64,000 bases of DNA from Sulfolobales archaeon (GCA_025058345.1 JANXEN010000002.1:33679-97678); one strand, 5' to 3'. Shown: positions 48,001 through 55,459, numbered from the stretch's first letter. The notes: generated by a model not told the origin, from the sequence alone. Numbers and translations: made by a program.

Positions 48001-48609
48001 TTCAGGGCGACTGCAAATCCTGAAGTAATTGAGGGTCCTTACCCCGCCGTCTTAGTTGTGATGTACCAAGATTTCAGCGGTAGGATCTACACATTAAACC
48101 TCACATCAACACTAATAGTTAAGGGGTTAGAATCCATTAAATTATTAAGTCCTCAAATAAGCCCTGATGTGGTAGCTAATGGGAGTACTATAACCTTCTC
48201 CACCACCATAGTTAATGAAGGTAAGACCCCCTTAAGGCATGCGATGGCGATTTTAGAATCTGAAGCGGTGTACGGTAAAAGTACTTACTATATAGGGAAT
48301 ATAGATCCTGACTCCCAAGTACCTGTATCGTTGAAAGCCTTGGTTAGATCAGACGCTCCTCAAGGTAACTACAGTGTGAGGATATCTATCACGTACTACG
48401 ACGTCTTCAACGAATTGAAGACTTATGAGGAAGTTCGCTACGTCAGCGTTATCGTCAACTTAACACCTACTCAGACACCTCCTGCCTTTGAATTACCACG
48501 GCTGAATGTCTTGATATTATTTGCGGTCATAGCCTTCGTTGCATTTGTTACTGTGTTCTACTTATTCTGGTTTAAGAGGAAGGTTGGTAGAAGTGCTGAG
48601 CATAGCTGA
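45025..48609 (+). CDS. Giant secreted, C-terminally anchored repeat protein (CARDB/COG1361 'S-layer-like domain' type)
   Basis: 1194 aa with an N-terminal signal-like segment ending ...INVSAQS and a C-terminal TM plus basic tail (LILFAVIAFVAFVTVFYLFWFKRKVGR). It has ~9 tandem ~125-aa beta-rich modules and many N-x-S/T sequons. Confidence 0.85.
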   Translation: MYSSPYMRLLTSTVFICIILLNIIQPLNLFINVSAQSLDFELVGYGWRTPSDPERVYPGSSKVSYYVSLMYTGGSRVSKLYAELYLPRGITTFSEGFNVVYSEFDVTFDKYDTVTLDFPNLNISYSLKPGVYRAELRFTYIVAGGISYTDTIYVPMVVNDLPQQPLEIVDYFWATKDGLRRTVVPGLRDLDIVFYFRVKDDVVIRNIYATLHLPEGFSCGGLQNSTSVAHNLRYVNGDLIELRFSSINVGEELLTNVFNLTLHINSQLDLYGLTANVTQAFSVTSHISYDEIRILDLVSYYWGDSEPIPVYPNTSKASMSITLVNVGVDSIYGLIGRLYLPNGFKHIYGGRLVNSSYASRLSPGSTATLVFSEIYLESNVSPGEYLFKLTVEYFVDLGGSSLRVIQEFNITTNVSNPDDPISVVGIRWNNNYGVAFPGSREELEVILSNWYEYAIDLVEPNAYLPGDLNLLSVGGDCFNGIAPYSTCSLRLVIDIPSDVKPGQYELSIYLKYLIRVGSSDVLRYRSFTHRLKVWDPEIVGAKLITTTVFWGDSANPREALPGNKLIPLNIELVNVGRDAATGVVADIELPQGFKLSYPEGRASCNIVDRGGSCLLRYQVNIDPSLKPGTYTAKLVVRYVTYFNSANLSKLDSFNINVSVSEYPRELRLHIVEVNWSNNLPAYPGDEALLTVRAANLGPHAMFSITSKLSLPEGFTCDDERVCEHYFPGPLQQYQQFNSSFRISISRGVKPGIYLGSLTFEYIVQTGGYGIRLINTYVIKIRVSDLSNSIKLVGIYWVNTTPSKGDVGLMRVVLRCDEIPNLSGMVLKFHLPDGIVALPNNSSIISIPYYQQLQFVGIPYIGGLPPQLVMQGGTAKGDMVYVDLPVRFLELPQDPTINITVEFLDHWGSLQEVQMKTTIPLLGKSRVLAVEPIENVITAGKLVSEIKFKFTNLGDSQIYNLVVYALSPYAGISIADPVKFVDVVGGGSSTALSFRATANPEVIEGPYPAVLVVMYQDFSGRIYTLNLTSTLIVKGLESIKLLSPQISPDVVANGSTITFSTTIVNEGKTPLRHAMAILESEAVYGKSTYYIGNIDPDSQVPVSLKALVRSDAPQGNYSVRISITYYDVFNELKTYEEVRYVSVIVNLTPTQTPPAFELPRLNVLILFAVIAFVAFVTVFYLFWFKRKVGRSAEHS
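45136..48475 (+). repeat. Protein-level tandem domain repeats (~9 x ~125 aa) within the giant ORF
   Basis: Recurrent module: hhxhxW...(Y/F)PG...hxhxhxNxG...hxhxLxLPxGF...hxPGxYxhxhxhxY. Examples: LYLPRGIT/LKPGVYRAELRFTY, LHLPEGFS, LYLPNGFK/VSPGEYLFKLTVEY, IELPQGFK/LKPGTYTAKLVVRY, LSLPEGFT/VKPGIYLGSLTFEY, FHLPDGIV. Boundaries are approximate. Confidence 0.7.
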
Positions 48610-49798
48610 TATAGTTGGTTTAGCATTTAGTGCGTTGAGGGAGAGGAGGCTAAGGTCTATCCTCACTATATTAGGTATAGCTATCGGTCCAGCCGCTATG
48701 GTGTCTATAATAGGTACTACTGAAGGTTATACCAGCACTATTGTCGATCAGCTTCAATCGTTAGGGCAGAACACCGTAGTGATATTTCCTGCGAAGGACT
48801 ATAGGTTAAGCGACTACGACGTCGATAGGTTAAAATCCTTAGATGAGGTAGATGTGTTAACACCGTTCTACCAGTCTAGGGGGCAATTCAGGAAACCTGA
48901 CGGTACTACCATGATACTAACTATATATGCGTTAGATCTAAATCTACTAAATAAAATAGTAGTCGGCAGTAAGATCGTTGATGGTGTAGTACCACCGCCT
49001 ACACTATACACGTACTGCGTTGCTGGCGATAAAGTAGTATCAAGTGATAACGTGAGGTACTACGGGGTTGGGGACGCTATAACTTTTATCGTACCTTTAA
49101 TGAAGGAAAATAAGCTTACGTTGAAGACTGTTTCAACTAGGATTTCAGGTATTTTAGCGCCTTATGGGTCAGTATTTCCGGTAAATCCTGATGAATCTAT
49201 ATTCCTCCCAATTCAGGCCGGTAAATCCCTACTCAACTTAAAGGATTACTCAGGCATTTTCATAATAGTTAAGAGTGCCGAATTAGTTGATAGCCTAGTT
49301 AATAAAATTAAGGAAATATATGGTGATAACGTCCAGATAATCTCCCTTAAGGAGATAGCTAAGACTGTAAGTAACATAATAAATATACTTGACAACCTCT
49401 TCTTCACAGTATCCTCTATAAGCTTTGCAGTCGCCTTCACAGGTATAATGTCTACGATGTTTACCTCTGTGGTTGAGAGGACTAGAGAAATAGGTGTGCT
49501 GAAAGCATTAGGTTTCAGCAGTAATGATGTGTTGATGCTATTTCTATTTGAGTCAATACTTATGACTTTGATAGGAGTTATTGCAGGAATTGTGAGTGGG
49601 GTTATAGGTGCTTACTTCATTGCCTTCAGACCTTTAAGACTAGTAGGTACTTGGACAGTCGTATCAGAGCCTAAAATCACGCTGTGGCTAATTACTAGAG
49701 CCCTCGGAATGTCTTTAATGATCGGAGTTGCTGGAGGATTGCTGCCTGCTTGGAAAGCATCTAAAATGGTTCCCGTCGAAGCTTTAAGGTACGAGTAA
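48593..49798 (+). CDS. ABC transporter permease, FtsX/MacB type
   Basis: N-terminal LRERRLRSILTILGIAIGPAAMV TM1, a large extracytoplasmic domain and a C-terminal FtsX 3-TM bundle (ERTREIGVLKALGFS). The GTG at 48593 is preferred over the track start at 48539, which lies inside the upstream gene's TM anchor. Confidence 0.88.
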   Translation: MLSIADIVGLAFSALRERRLRSILTILGIAIGPAAMVSIIGTTEGYTSTIVDQLQSLGQNTVVIFPAKDYRLSDYDVDRLKSLDEVDVLTPFYQSRGQFRKPDGTTMILTIYALDLNLLNKIVVGSKIVDGVVPPPTLYTYCVAGDKVVSSDNVRYYGVGDAITFIVPLMKENKLTLKTVSTRISGILAPYGSVFPVNPDESIFLPIQAGKSLLNLKDYSGIFIIVKSAELVDSLVNKIKEIYGDNVQIISLKEIAKTVSNIINILDNLFFTVSSISFAVAFTGIMSTMFTSVVERTREIGVLKALGFSSNDVLMLFLFESILMTLIGVIAGIVSGVIGAYFIAFRPLRLVGTWTVVSEPKITLWLITRALGMSLMIGVAGGLLPAWKASKMVPVEALRYE

Positions 49799-49844
49799 CA
49801 TCTATATTAATAACTCTATATACTATATCTTAGGTGTTAGTAGT

Positions 49845-50243
49845 TTGCCTATAAGAGATAACATCATAGACAGCAGATTCAGAGGTATGGCTATTAAGGT
49901 ATTCTTAATAAACGGTGAGGATTTTGAAGGCATAGTGGATGATGTAGCTAGGTATGAGTTAGGGTTGACGGTGAGGGATTCCTTCTACATAGTGTTTAGA
50001 CATGGGGTGACTTACGTTGAGGTAAGTTCGTCAGATCTTCATGGAGAACGTGGGGCAGAGCTCGAAGACTCTTTAATAACGTCTGACTTCATAGGTGTGG
50101 ATGTAGATGTGTTATTAATTAACGGTAATAAATTAAGTGGTAGACTTATGAAGGTCTCAAGGTATGAATTGGGGATAAGGTACGGTGATAAAGGCTTAAT
50201 AATACCTAAAAGCAACATAATCTATATAAAGATTCTTAAGTAA
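49845..50243 (+). CDS. Tandem (duplicated) Hfq-like / Sm-fold protein
   Basis: Two homologous halves. Each carries L-I-N-G-x-x-h-x-G ... RYELG ... and an Sm2-like element (FRHGV in half 1, IPKSNIIY in half 2). Confidence 0.6.
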   Translation: MPIRDNIIDSRFRGMAIKVFLINGEDFEGIVDDVARYELGLTVRDSFYIVFRHGVTYVEVSSSDLHGERGAELEDSLITSDFIGVDVDVLLINGNKLSGRLMKVSRYELGIRYGDKGLIIPKSNIIYIKILK

Positions 50244-50575
50244 TAGCAATAGATAAAAATAAAATTGTTCAGGAGGCTTCACTACTTCTAGTAGTAAATA
50301 ACTCTACGTCTAATTTACATAATCATTACAACCATCAAATATCTAAAATCGATTCCCGCTCATTTGTTCTTCAATGATGTTAATCAGTGCTAATGACCTT
50401 AAGGCAAGTGCATAATTTGTTAGTAACTCTATGGATTTTCGGACTTATCGCATGATCTTAAGTGTTAAGTAGAATATTATCGAAAGGTATGCATCGAAGA
50501 ACTTTAGTAAGCTTCCCGTCTATGGGTTCGTATCCTGGGGAAACTGAAGTCAGAGATAGTTTCTTAAACCGTTGT

Positions 50576-50654
50576 TGGTGCGGCGGCCGGGATTCGAACC
50601 CGGGATTTCCGGCGTGGAAGGCCGGCGTCCTAATCCAGGCTAGACGACCGCCGC
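50576..50654 (-). tRNA. tRNA-Gly (anticodon TCC), intron-less, CCA encoded
   Basis: GCGGCGG-TC-GTCT..GGAC-G-CCGGC-CTTCCAC-GCCGG-AAATC-CCGGG-TTCGAAT-CCCGG-CCGCCGC-A-CCA. An ATAATATAT TATA-like box lies upstream. Confidence 0.9.
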
Positions 50655-50716
50655 CAGCATATATTATATGTGTAGAGTTTAAGTTTTTTATTGATAAATA
50701 TTTTCCGGTGATCTGA

Positions 50717-51151
50717 TTGGGGTGCGGGGGGTTTAAATTTTTAGAGCATACAGCTGATGTGTATTTCGTCTCTAGTGGTTATTCCTTGGAGGAGGCCTTT
50801 GTTAACGCTGCTAAGGCATTGTTTGAGACAATTACGGATACGTCTAAGGTCGATATCGATCTATGCATTGAAGTTAGTGATTCATGTCATGACTTACCTA
50901 ACTGTGTGTATAGGTGGTTGGAGGATTTGCTAATACTTCACGATAGTCGTAACTTATTGTTTAGTGGTTTCGAGTTTAGGCTTTCCGAACAAAGTGAGGG
51001 TAGGTACATGTTTTCTGCTAAGGCATGTGGTGAGGCGTTTAATCCTAATAAGCATGAGCCTAGGGTCGTAGTTAAGGCAGTCACTTATTCCTTAATGAGC
51101 ATTGAGAACGTAGATAACTGTTGGAGCATTTACGCTGTGTTAGATGTTTAA
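50717..51151 (+). CDS. Archease (RtcB tRNA-ligase activator)
   Basis: FKFLEHTADVYF N-terminal signature, ~144 aa, TTG start. Confidence 0.85.
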   Translation: MGCGGFKFLEHTADVYFVSSGYSLEEAFVNAAKALFETITDTSKVDIDLCIEVSDSCHDLPNCVYRWLEDLLILHDSRNLLFSGFEFRLSEQSEGRYMFSAKACGEAFNPNKHEPRVVVKAVTYSLMSIENVDNCWSIYAVLDV

Positions 51152-51189
51152 TTAAAGTTTATTACCCTTTAACAGCTCAATAATTATGG

Positions 51190-51285
51190 TGCCGCCGTAG
51201 CTCAGCCTGGGAGAGCGCCCGATGAGCGGTAGGCTCAGGCGAAGCTGAAGACCGGGATGTCGGGGGTTCAAGTCCCCCCGGCGGC
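51190..51285 (+). tRNA. tRNA-Phe (anticodon GAA) with a non-canonical 22-nt intron in the anticodon stem (30/31)
   Basis: GCCGCCG-TA-GCTC..GAGC-G-CCCG[ATGAGCGGTAGGCTCAGGCGAA, 51221-51242]G-CTGAAGA-CCGGG-ATGTC-GGGGG-TTCAAGT-CCCCC-CGGCGGC-A. Length check: 96 = 74 + 22. Confidence 0.8.
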
Positions 51286-51286
51286 A

Positions 51287-51556
51287 CTACCTCCTTTTCT
51301 TAGCTATCACGAATGTAGAGCCCCTTACATCAATTACCTCGCCGTTAACCATATCTGCAATCTCATGAGCGACTAAGTTAACATTCGCTGAATATAGAGC
51401 TTTAAATGACTTCATAACCTTGATTTTAACGACACCTTCATTTTTGATGTACGTCTTAACGTCATTCAATACGTTCTCGTTAATTCCTTCCTTACCTAGC
51501 CTTATGTTAGGTTTATCGATTACAGCCTTAACTACTTTCCTGTCTTTCTGCACCAT
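51287..51556 (-). CDS. CRM-domain (YhbY-like) RNA-binding protein
   Basis: 89 aa. ...IRLGKEGINENVLNDVKTYIKNEGVVKIKV... is the YhbY/CRS1 signature. Coupled to Rpp21 as in other archaea. Confidence 0.75.
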   Translation of the reverse strand: MVQKDRKVVKAVIDKPNIRLGKEGINENVLNDVKTYIKNEGVVKIKVMKSFKALYSANVNLVAHEIADMVNGEVIDVRGSTFVIAKKRR

Positions 51557-51798
51557 AGCCTACTCACCCATCCACATGCTAAACATGTTTTAGAGATTAT
51601 AACATATTTACGCACTCCTCTCACCCTATACCTAGCGGTTAAGCCAGGTATTAGCGGGGTTAAGCACTTCTTACACGTACCTCTCTTCAAGTACTTAGGC
51701 ATTTTAGTATTTGATCTATTGATTATCTTCAGAGCTAATCCCACGTATCTTCTAGCCCTCTCAACATTACCTGATTTTACAGCCTGCAGTGCCTCCAA
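51532..51798 (-). CDS. rnp4: RNase P protein component 4 (Rpp21/Rnp4)
   Basis: CKKCLTPLIPGLTARYRV ... CLACG zinc ribbon after a helical N-terminus. Confidence 0.8.
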   Translation of the reverse strand: MEALQAVKSGNVERARRYVGLALKIINRSNTKMPKYLKRGTCKKCLTPLIPGLTARYRVRGVRKYVIISKTCLACGWVSRLWCRKTGK

Positions 51799-51877
51799 GT
51801 AGAGGATCTTAGCCCTTTCTAGAGCTAATTCCTTAAGCTGATTTTTAATTCCAAACCCCTAAATATTTAGGGTAGCG

Positions 51878-52561
51878 TTGAAGGTAATAAATGTGATAAT
51901 AGCTGAGGCATCGCTAGAGACTATACCATCTGAAGTCGCTACACATCCAGCTGTGATTAGCTCGTGTAAGTTGAGAAAGAAACATTGGAGTGAGGTATTA
52001 CTCGACACTTCACTACACTACAGCGCTATGAAGAGATTGCCGAATAGGTTGAAACGCGGGAGACCTGACATAATACATACTATTCTCTTAGAGGCACTCT
52101 CAAGCCCTATAAATCTTGAAGGTCATCTTAAGATCTTCATCCACACACTTAATGATCAGGTAATATTCGTAGATCCGGTGACTAGAATCCCCAGAAACTA
52201 TGTTAGATTCGTAGGGCTTATAGAACAGCTATTTAAATATGGTCAAGTACCGCCTAATGATGCTAACCCATTAATGAGGATCGTTAATTTAAGTTTCATC
52301 AATTTGCTCAGAAGAATAGACCGTAGTAAAGTAATAACGCTTAGTGAGAGTGGAAAACACATGGATTGTGAATCCATATGTAGGTTAGCTCTAAGTGAGG
52401 ATTTACCAATAGTTATAGGTGGTTTCCCTCACGGGGACTTTCGAAACGACATCTACGAATGCAGTAAGTACGTTTTCTCTATATATGGGAAATCGCTTGA
52501 TGCCTGGGTAGTGGTGTCAAGGATTTTAGGCGCATGCGAGAGAGTTTTAGGTATATTATAG
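51878..52561 (+). CDS. nep1: rRNA small-subunit pseudouridine-N1 methyltransferase Nep1 (SPOUT)
   Basis: VIIAEASLETIP..., RGRPDIIHTILLEALSSPIN, C-terminal knot region. Confidence 0.85.
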   Translation: MKVINVIIAEASLETIPSEVATHPAVISSCKLRKKHWSEVLLDTSLHYSAMKRLPNRLKRGRPDIIHTILLEALSSPINLEGHLKIFIHTLNDQVIFVDPVTRIPRNYVRFVGLIEQLFKYGQVPPNDANPLMRIVNLSFINLLRRIDRSKVITLSESGKHMDCESICRLALSEDLPIVIGGFPHGDFRNDIYECSKYVFSIYGKSLDAWVVVSRILGACERVLGIL

Positions 52562-52612
52562 ATCCTGAATTCTCAAGGAGCCTCCACACCTTCAGTTAAG
52601 ATTAGTGGTTAG

Positions 52613-52710
52613 TGGTGCCGCGGCCGGGATTTGAACCCGGGTCACGGGCTGTCCACGCAGGGTCTAAGCTCGAGAGGCCCGCATACTTGACCGGGCTATA
52701 CTACCGCGGC
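52613..52710 (-). tRNA. tRNA-Glu (anticodon CTC) with a canonical 20-nt intron, CCA encoded
   Basis: GCCGCGG-TA-GTAT..GTAT-G-CGGGC-CTCTCG[20 nt, 52651-52670]A-GCCCG-TGAC-CCGGG-TTCAAAT-CCCGG-CCGCGGC-A-CCA. Length check: 98 = 78 + 20. Confidence 0.88.
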
Positions 52711-53280
52711 ACCTTTAGAACTTATTATAAGTAGCTTTAAAATATTTTTATGTACAGCTATTGATGAGTCCTGATGGCTCCCTGATGCAGACCTCCGTCG
52801 GATGTATGACATCATTACATTATATATCAAGAAAATTATGGCTGGCTGACCCCAGTCGAAACTAATTACAGTATTTTCCGAAAATTTCGATGTTAGCATA
52901 ATCAGTAATGGGTAGATAGATATAGATACGTTGTTGCTAACGGAGTACATAATTAGGTAGGAGTAATTAGTGAATATTAGCACAGCAGATGCAAATAACG
53001 TAACATAACGCACTATAGTAAGCTTATAGAGAGGTAGGTGCAGTAGCATGTAGATAATGAAGAGAATTACAGTTGAAGCATGTAGCAACATGTATATCAA
53101 GTAGGATGGGCCGTATCTATATAAGTAGTAGCTATATGTGAAGGATGTTCTTGCGGTCATCACTAACGCGTAGAGTAGTAAGGAGAGTGATATAAGGTAT
53201 ATAACCAAAGCACCTACGTAGTAAGATATGCTGCGTCTCCCACTGTGATGTGGAACATGTTTACACATATAAAGCACCAA
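52696..53280 (-). CDS. Polytopic membrane protein, unknown function
   Basis: 194 aa with ~5 hydrophobic segments rich in Y/L/I/S. Lies downstream of GT2 on the same strand. Its last 15 nt overlap the tRNA-Glu 5' end. Confidence 0.5.
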   Translation of the reverse strand: MVLYMCKHVPHHSGRRSISYYVGALVIYLISLSLLLYALVMTARTSFTYSYYLYRYGPSYLIYMLLHASTVILFIIYMLLHLPLYKLTIVRYVTLFASAVLIFTNYSYLIMYSVSNNVSISIYPLLIMLTSKFSENTVISFDWGQPAIIFLIYNVMMSYIRRRSASGSHQDSSIAVHKNILKLLIISSKGAAVV

Positions 53281-53373
53281 TCCACACGTAACTAATCCTT
53301 TAATTGCAATAAATTTTTAAATAGTTTATGAAGGGGTCTATGCTTATAACTCCTTAAAGCATTAAATACTTGT

Positions 53374-53424
53374 GTGATGAGAAGAGGGTCTAATGAGATT
53401 CATGATTAAAGCTGGAAATGCTGA
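53374..53424 (+). ncRNA. C/D-box sRNA candidate
   Basis: GTGATGA-GAAGAGGGTCTA-ATGA-GATTC-ATGATTA-AAGCTGGAAATG-CTGA. Geometry is 7-12-4-5-7-12-4 = 51 nt. It sits in the 160-nt gap between two minus-strand genes. Confidence 0.55.
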
Positions 53425-53440
53425 TTAACGGTAGACCCAA

Positions 53441-54505
53441 TTAGTTGAGGGATTCATCTAACTTGAATCCATATTTACCTAAAATTTCTTTAGACGTGTT
53501 AATTAAGTTCTCTCTAGATTTCCTATCGATGTATCTGAATAGATACTTTAGCGTATAGTAGGTAGTGAAGAGTGAGTGGATGTACATACCTATGAAACCT
53601 GCTATAGGGGTGGTTAAACACTTACGGACGCACACCTCATTAGATAGCTTAAATAGCTTGAAGAGCATGAATAACGTTGCAGCTGAAGCTAAGAGCATAA
53701 TTAGATAGCCGAATGGGTTCGACATAAGCATTAATATTGAAGATATTATAAAGTAAAGTGGGTAGGTGGAGAATAGAAACCACGGCAGGAAGTCAGGAGG
53801 CAGTAATTTTTTTAAGAGAAGAGCGCCTTGAACAGAGCCTAATATCCTAGACCTTTGCCATGACTTAATACCCTCCCAATTATTAGGTAAAGTTACTGTA
53901 ACTAACGCCTCATCATTGTAGCAGAAGGTGATGTTTTTCTTTAGAGCTATTACGCTGAAGTAGAAATCATCGCTCCTAATTACTGGGGGGTAGGTGGATT
54001 TAGAGTATGTGGATACCTTTACTGCCTTATTGTTTCCCGGTGCATGTCTCTTCCTCACATAGCTGAAGAGTACGTGATACGCGTGATACCAAAAGAAGAG
54101 TTTCTCATATATGTTACTACATAAAACTATTGGTTTCCCCGAAACTATTTCGCAGTTTTCGGGGAACGAAGTAATTCTAGCTACATAGTCTTTAGAGTAG
54201 ATATTCTCTGAATCCCCCCATATGATGTAGCTGTATCCGTTACTTAACGCGTATTTAATGGCCTCTAATCTAGCAGGACCGACGCCACCAGTAACTTCCT
54301 GGATTTTAAATCTAATGCATGGGTATTTGCTTTGGAATTCGTTAGCAATCCTCATCGAATCGTCCTTAGATCCGCCATCAATTATTAACACGTCGAAGCA
54401 CTCGCATATTTTGCAGGTATTATCTTGATTCACCAAGCTACGCAATACATTCATAAGTCCATCGGCGTTATCCTTGTTTAACACCACAAACAGCGTCTTA
54501 CTCAC
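53441..54505 (-). CDS. Family 2 glycosyltransferase with a C-terminal membrane domain
   Basis: GT-A fold motifs (VVLNKDNADGL..., VLIIDGGSKDDS, GDSENIY as DxD-like), then 2-3 TM helices. Confidence 0.8.
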   Translation of the reverse strand: MSKTLFVVLNKDNADGLMNVLRSLVNQDNTCKICECFDVLIIDGGSKDDSMRIANEFQSKYPCIRFKIQEVTGGVGPARLEAIKYALSNGYSYIIWGDSENIYSKDYVARITSFPENCEIVSGKPIVLCSNIYEKLFFWYHAYHVLFSYVRKRHAPGNNKAVKVSTYSKSTYPPVIRSDDFYFSVIALKKNITFCYNDEALVTVTLPNNWEGIKSWQRSRILGSVQGALLLKKLLPPDFLPWFLFSTYPLYFIISSILMLMSNPFGYLIMLLASAATLFMLFKLFKLSNEVCVRKCLTTPIAGFIGMYIHSLFTTYYTLKYLFRYIDRKSRENLINTSKEILGKYGFKLDESLN

Positions 54506-54619
54506 AGTACCACCGACCTTAAGTCATCGCCTAAGTTGGCGTTAAATATTGGATTATGAAGTAAAAAGCTTATTATTCATAAAGTTAATTAAAGCCTATA
54601 AGTAACTCATCAATAGTAG

Positions 54620-55096
54620 TTGGGGTGTAGTAGGGTGGTTGATGTTAGGGAAGTACCGGCTGATGCCTTCATTAAACACCTAGCTAATTATTTAAAAAGT
54701 AATGTTTCTGTGTTGAGACCTCCTACTTGGTCATCATATGTTAAGACAGGGCATTTCAAAACCGGAGTTCCTGAGAATCCGGATTGGTGGTACTTTAGGG
54801 CTGCAAGTATTTTAAGGAAGCTGTACGTAAACGGCAGTCCAGTTGGGGTCGGTGCTTTTCGAGTTATGTATGGGGGGCTTAAACGTAGGGGTTCAGCACC
54901 TCCTCATTTTAGGGAAGCAGCATCATCAAATATCAGGCACATACTTCAGCAGTTGGAAGCGGCTGGTTACGTAGCTAAGGTTCGTGGAAGGGGTAGGGTC
55001 CTAACTCCGAAGGGCATGTCTCTACTCACACGCGTAGCTAGTGAAGTTTCTCAGGAATCAGTTAAGTTAATACCTAGATTAGCGAAATATAGTTAG
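54620..55096 (+). CDS. rps19e: 30S ribosomal protein S19e
   Basis: VRDVPADAFIKHLANYLK..., PDWWYFRAASILRKLY, GGLKRRG. TTG start in the track; GTG at 54635 is an alternative. Confidence 0.92.
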   Translation: MGCSRVVDVREVPADAFIKHLANYLKSNVSVLRPPTWSSYVKTGHFKTGVPENPDWWYFRAASILRKLYVNGSPVGVGAFRVMYGGLKRRGSAPPHFREAASSNIRHILQQLEAAGYVAKVRGRGRVLTPKGMSLLTRVASEVSQESVKLIPRLAKYS

Positions 55097-55138
55097 AGGT
55101 GGTTTAAGATTAGTGAATACTATGATGAAGAGCTGGAG

Positions 55139-55459
55139 ATGATTAAGAGGCGACGTCTAGCTGAGATGGTGCGGAGGTCTGAAGAAGCTAAGGAAAGGGA
55201 GGAAGAGTTAGCGAGGGAGTTACAGAAGCAGGAGGTTTTGAGGAGGGTTTTAACGCCTGAGGCTCGCGAAAGGCTAGCCAACATAAAGTTAGTTAAACCG
55301 GAGCTTGCTAAGCATTTAGAGGAGTACTTAGTGAGTCTTACTTTAAGTGGACGCCTAAATAAGGTCATTGATGACGAAGAACTGAAGGAAATATTAAGGC
55401 AGATCGATGAGAAGAGTAGAAGAGATATTAGAATAACTGTGAGGAGGAAGGGTGAGTAG
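55139..55459 (+). CDS. PDCD5-like double-stranded DNA-binding protein (COG2118)
   Basis: KRRRLAEM...VLRRVLTPEARERLANIKLVKPELA...L is the conserved archaeal/eukaryal PDCD5 signature. Standard neighbour of S19e and L39e. Confidence 0.85.
   Translation: MIKRRRLAEMVRRSEEAKEREEELARELQKQEVLRRVLTPEARERLANIKLVKPELAKHLEEYLVSLTLSGRLNKVIDDEELKEILRQIDEKSRRDIRITVRRKGE

Noticed and set aside
52651-52670. 8-nt complementarity (TAGACCCT) between the D' guide of the 53.4-kb C/D candidate and the tRNA-Glu intron
   Set aside because: The predicted N+5 nucleotide would fall inside the intron, which is removed. An 8-mer match is also within chance expectation.
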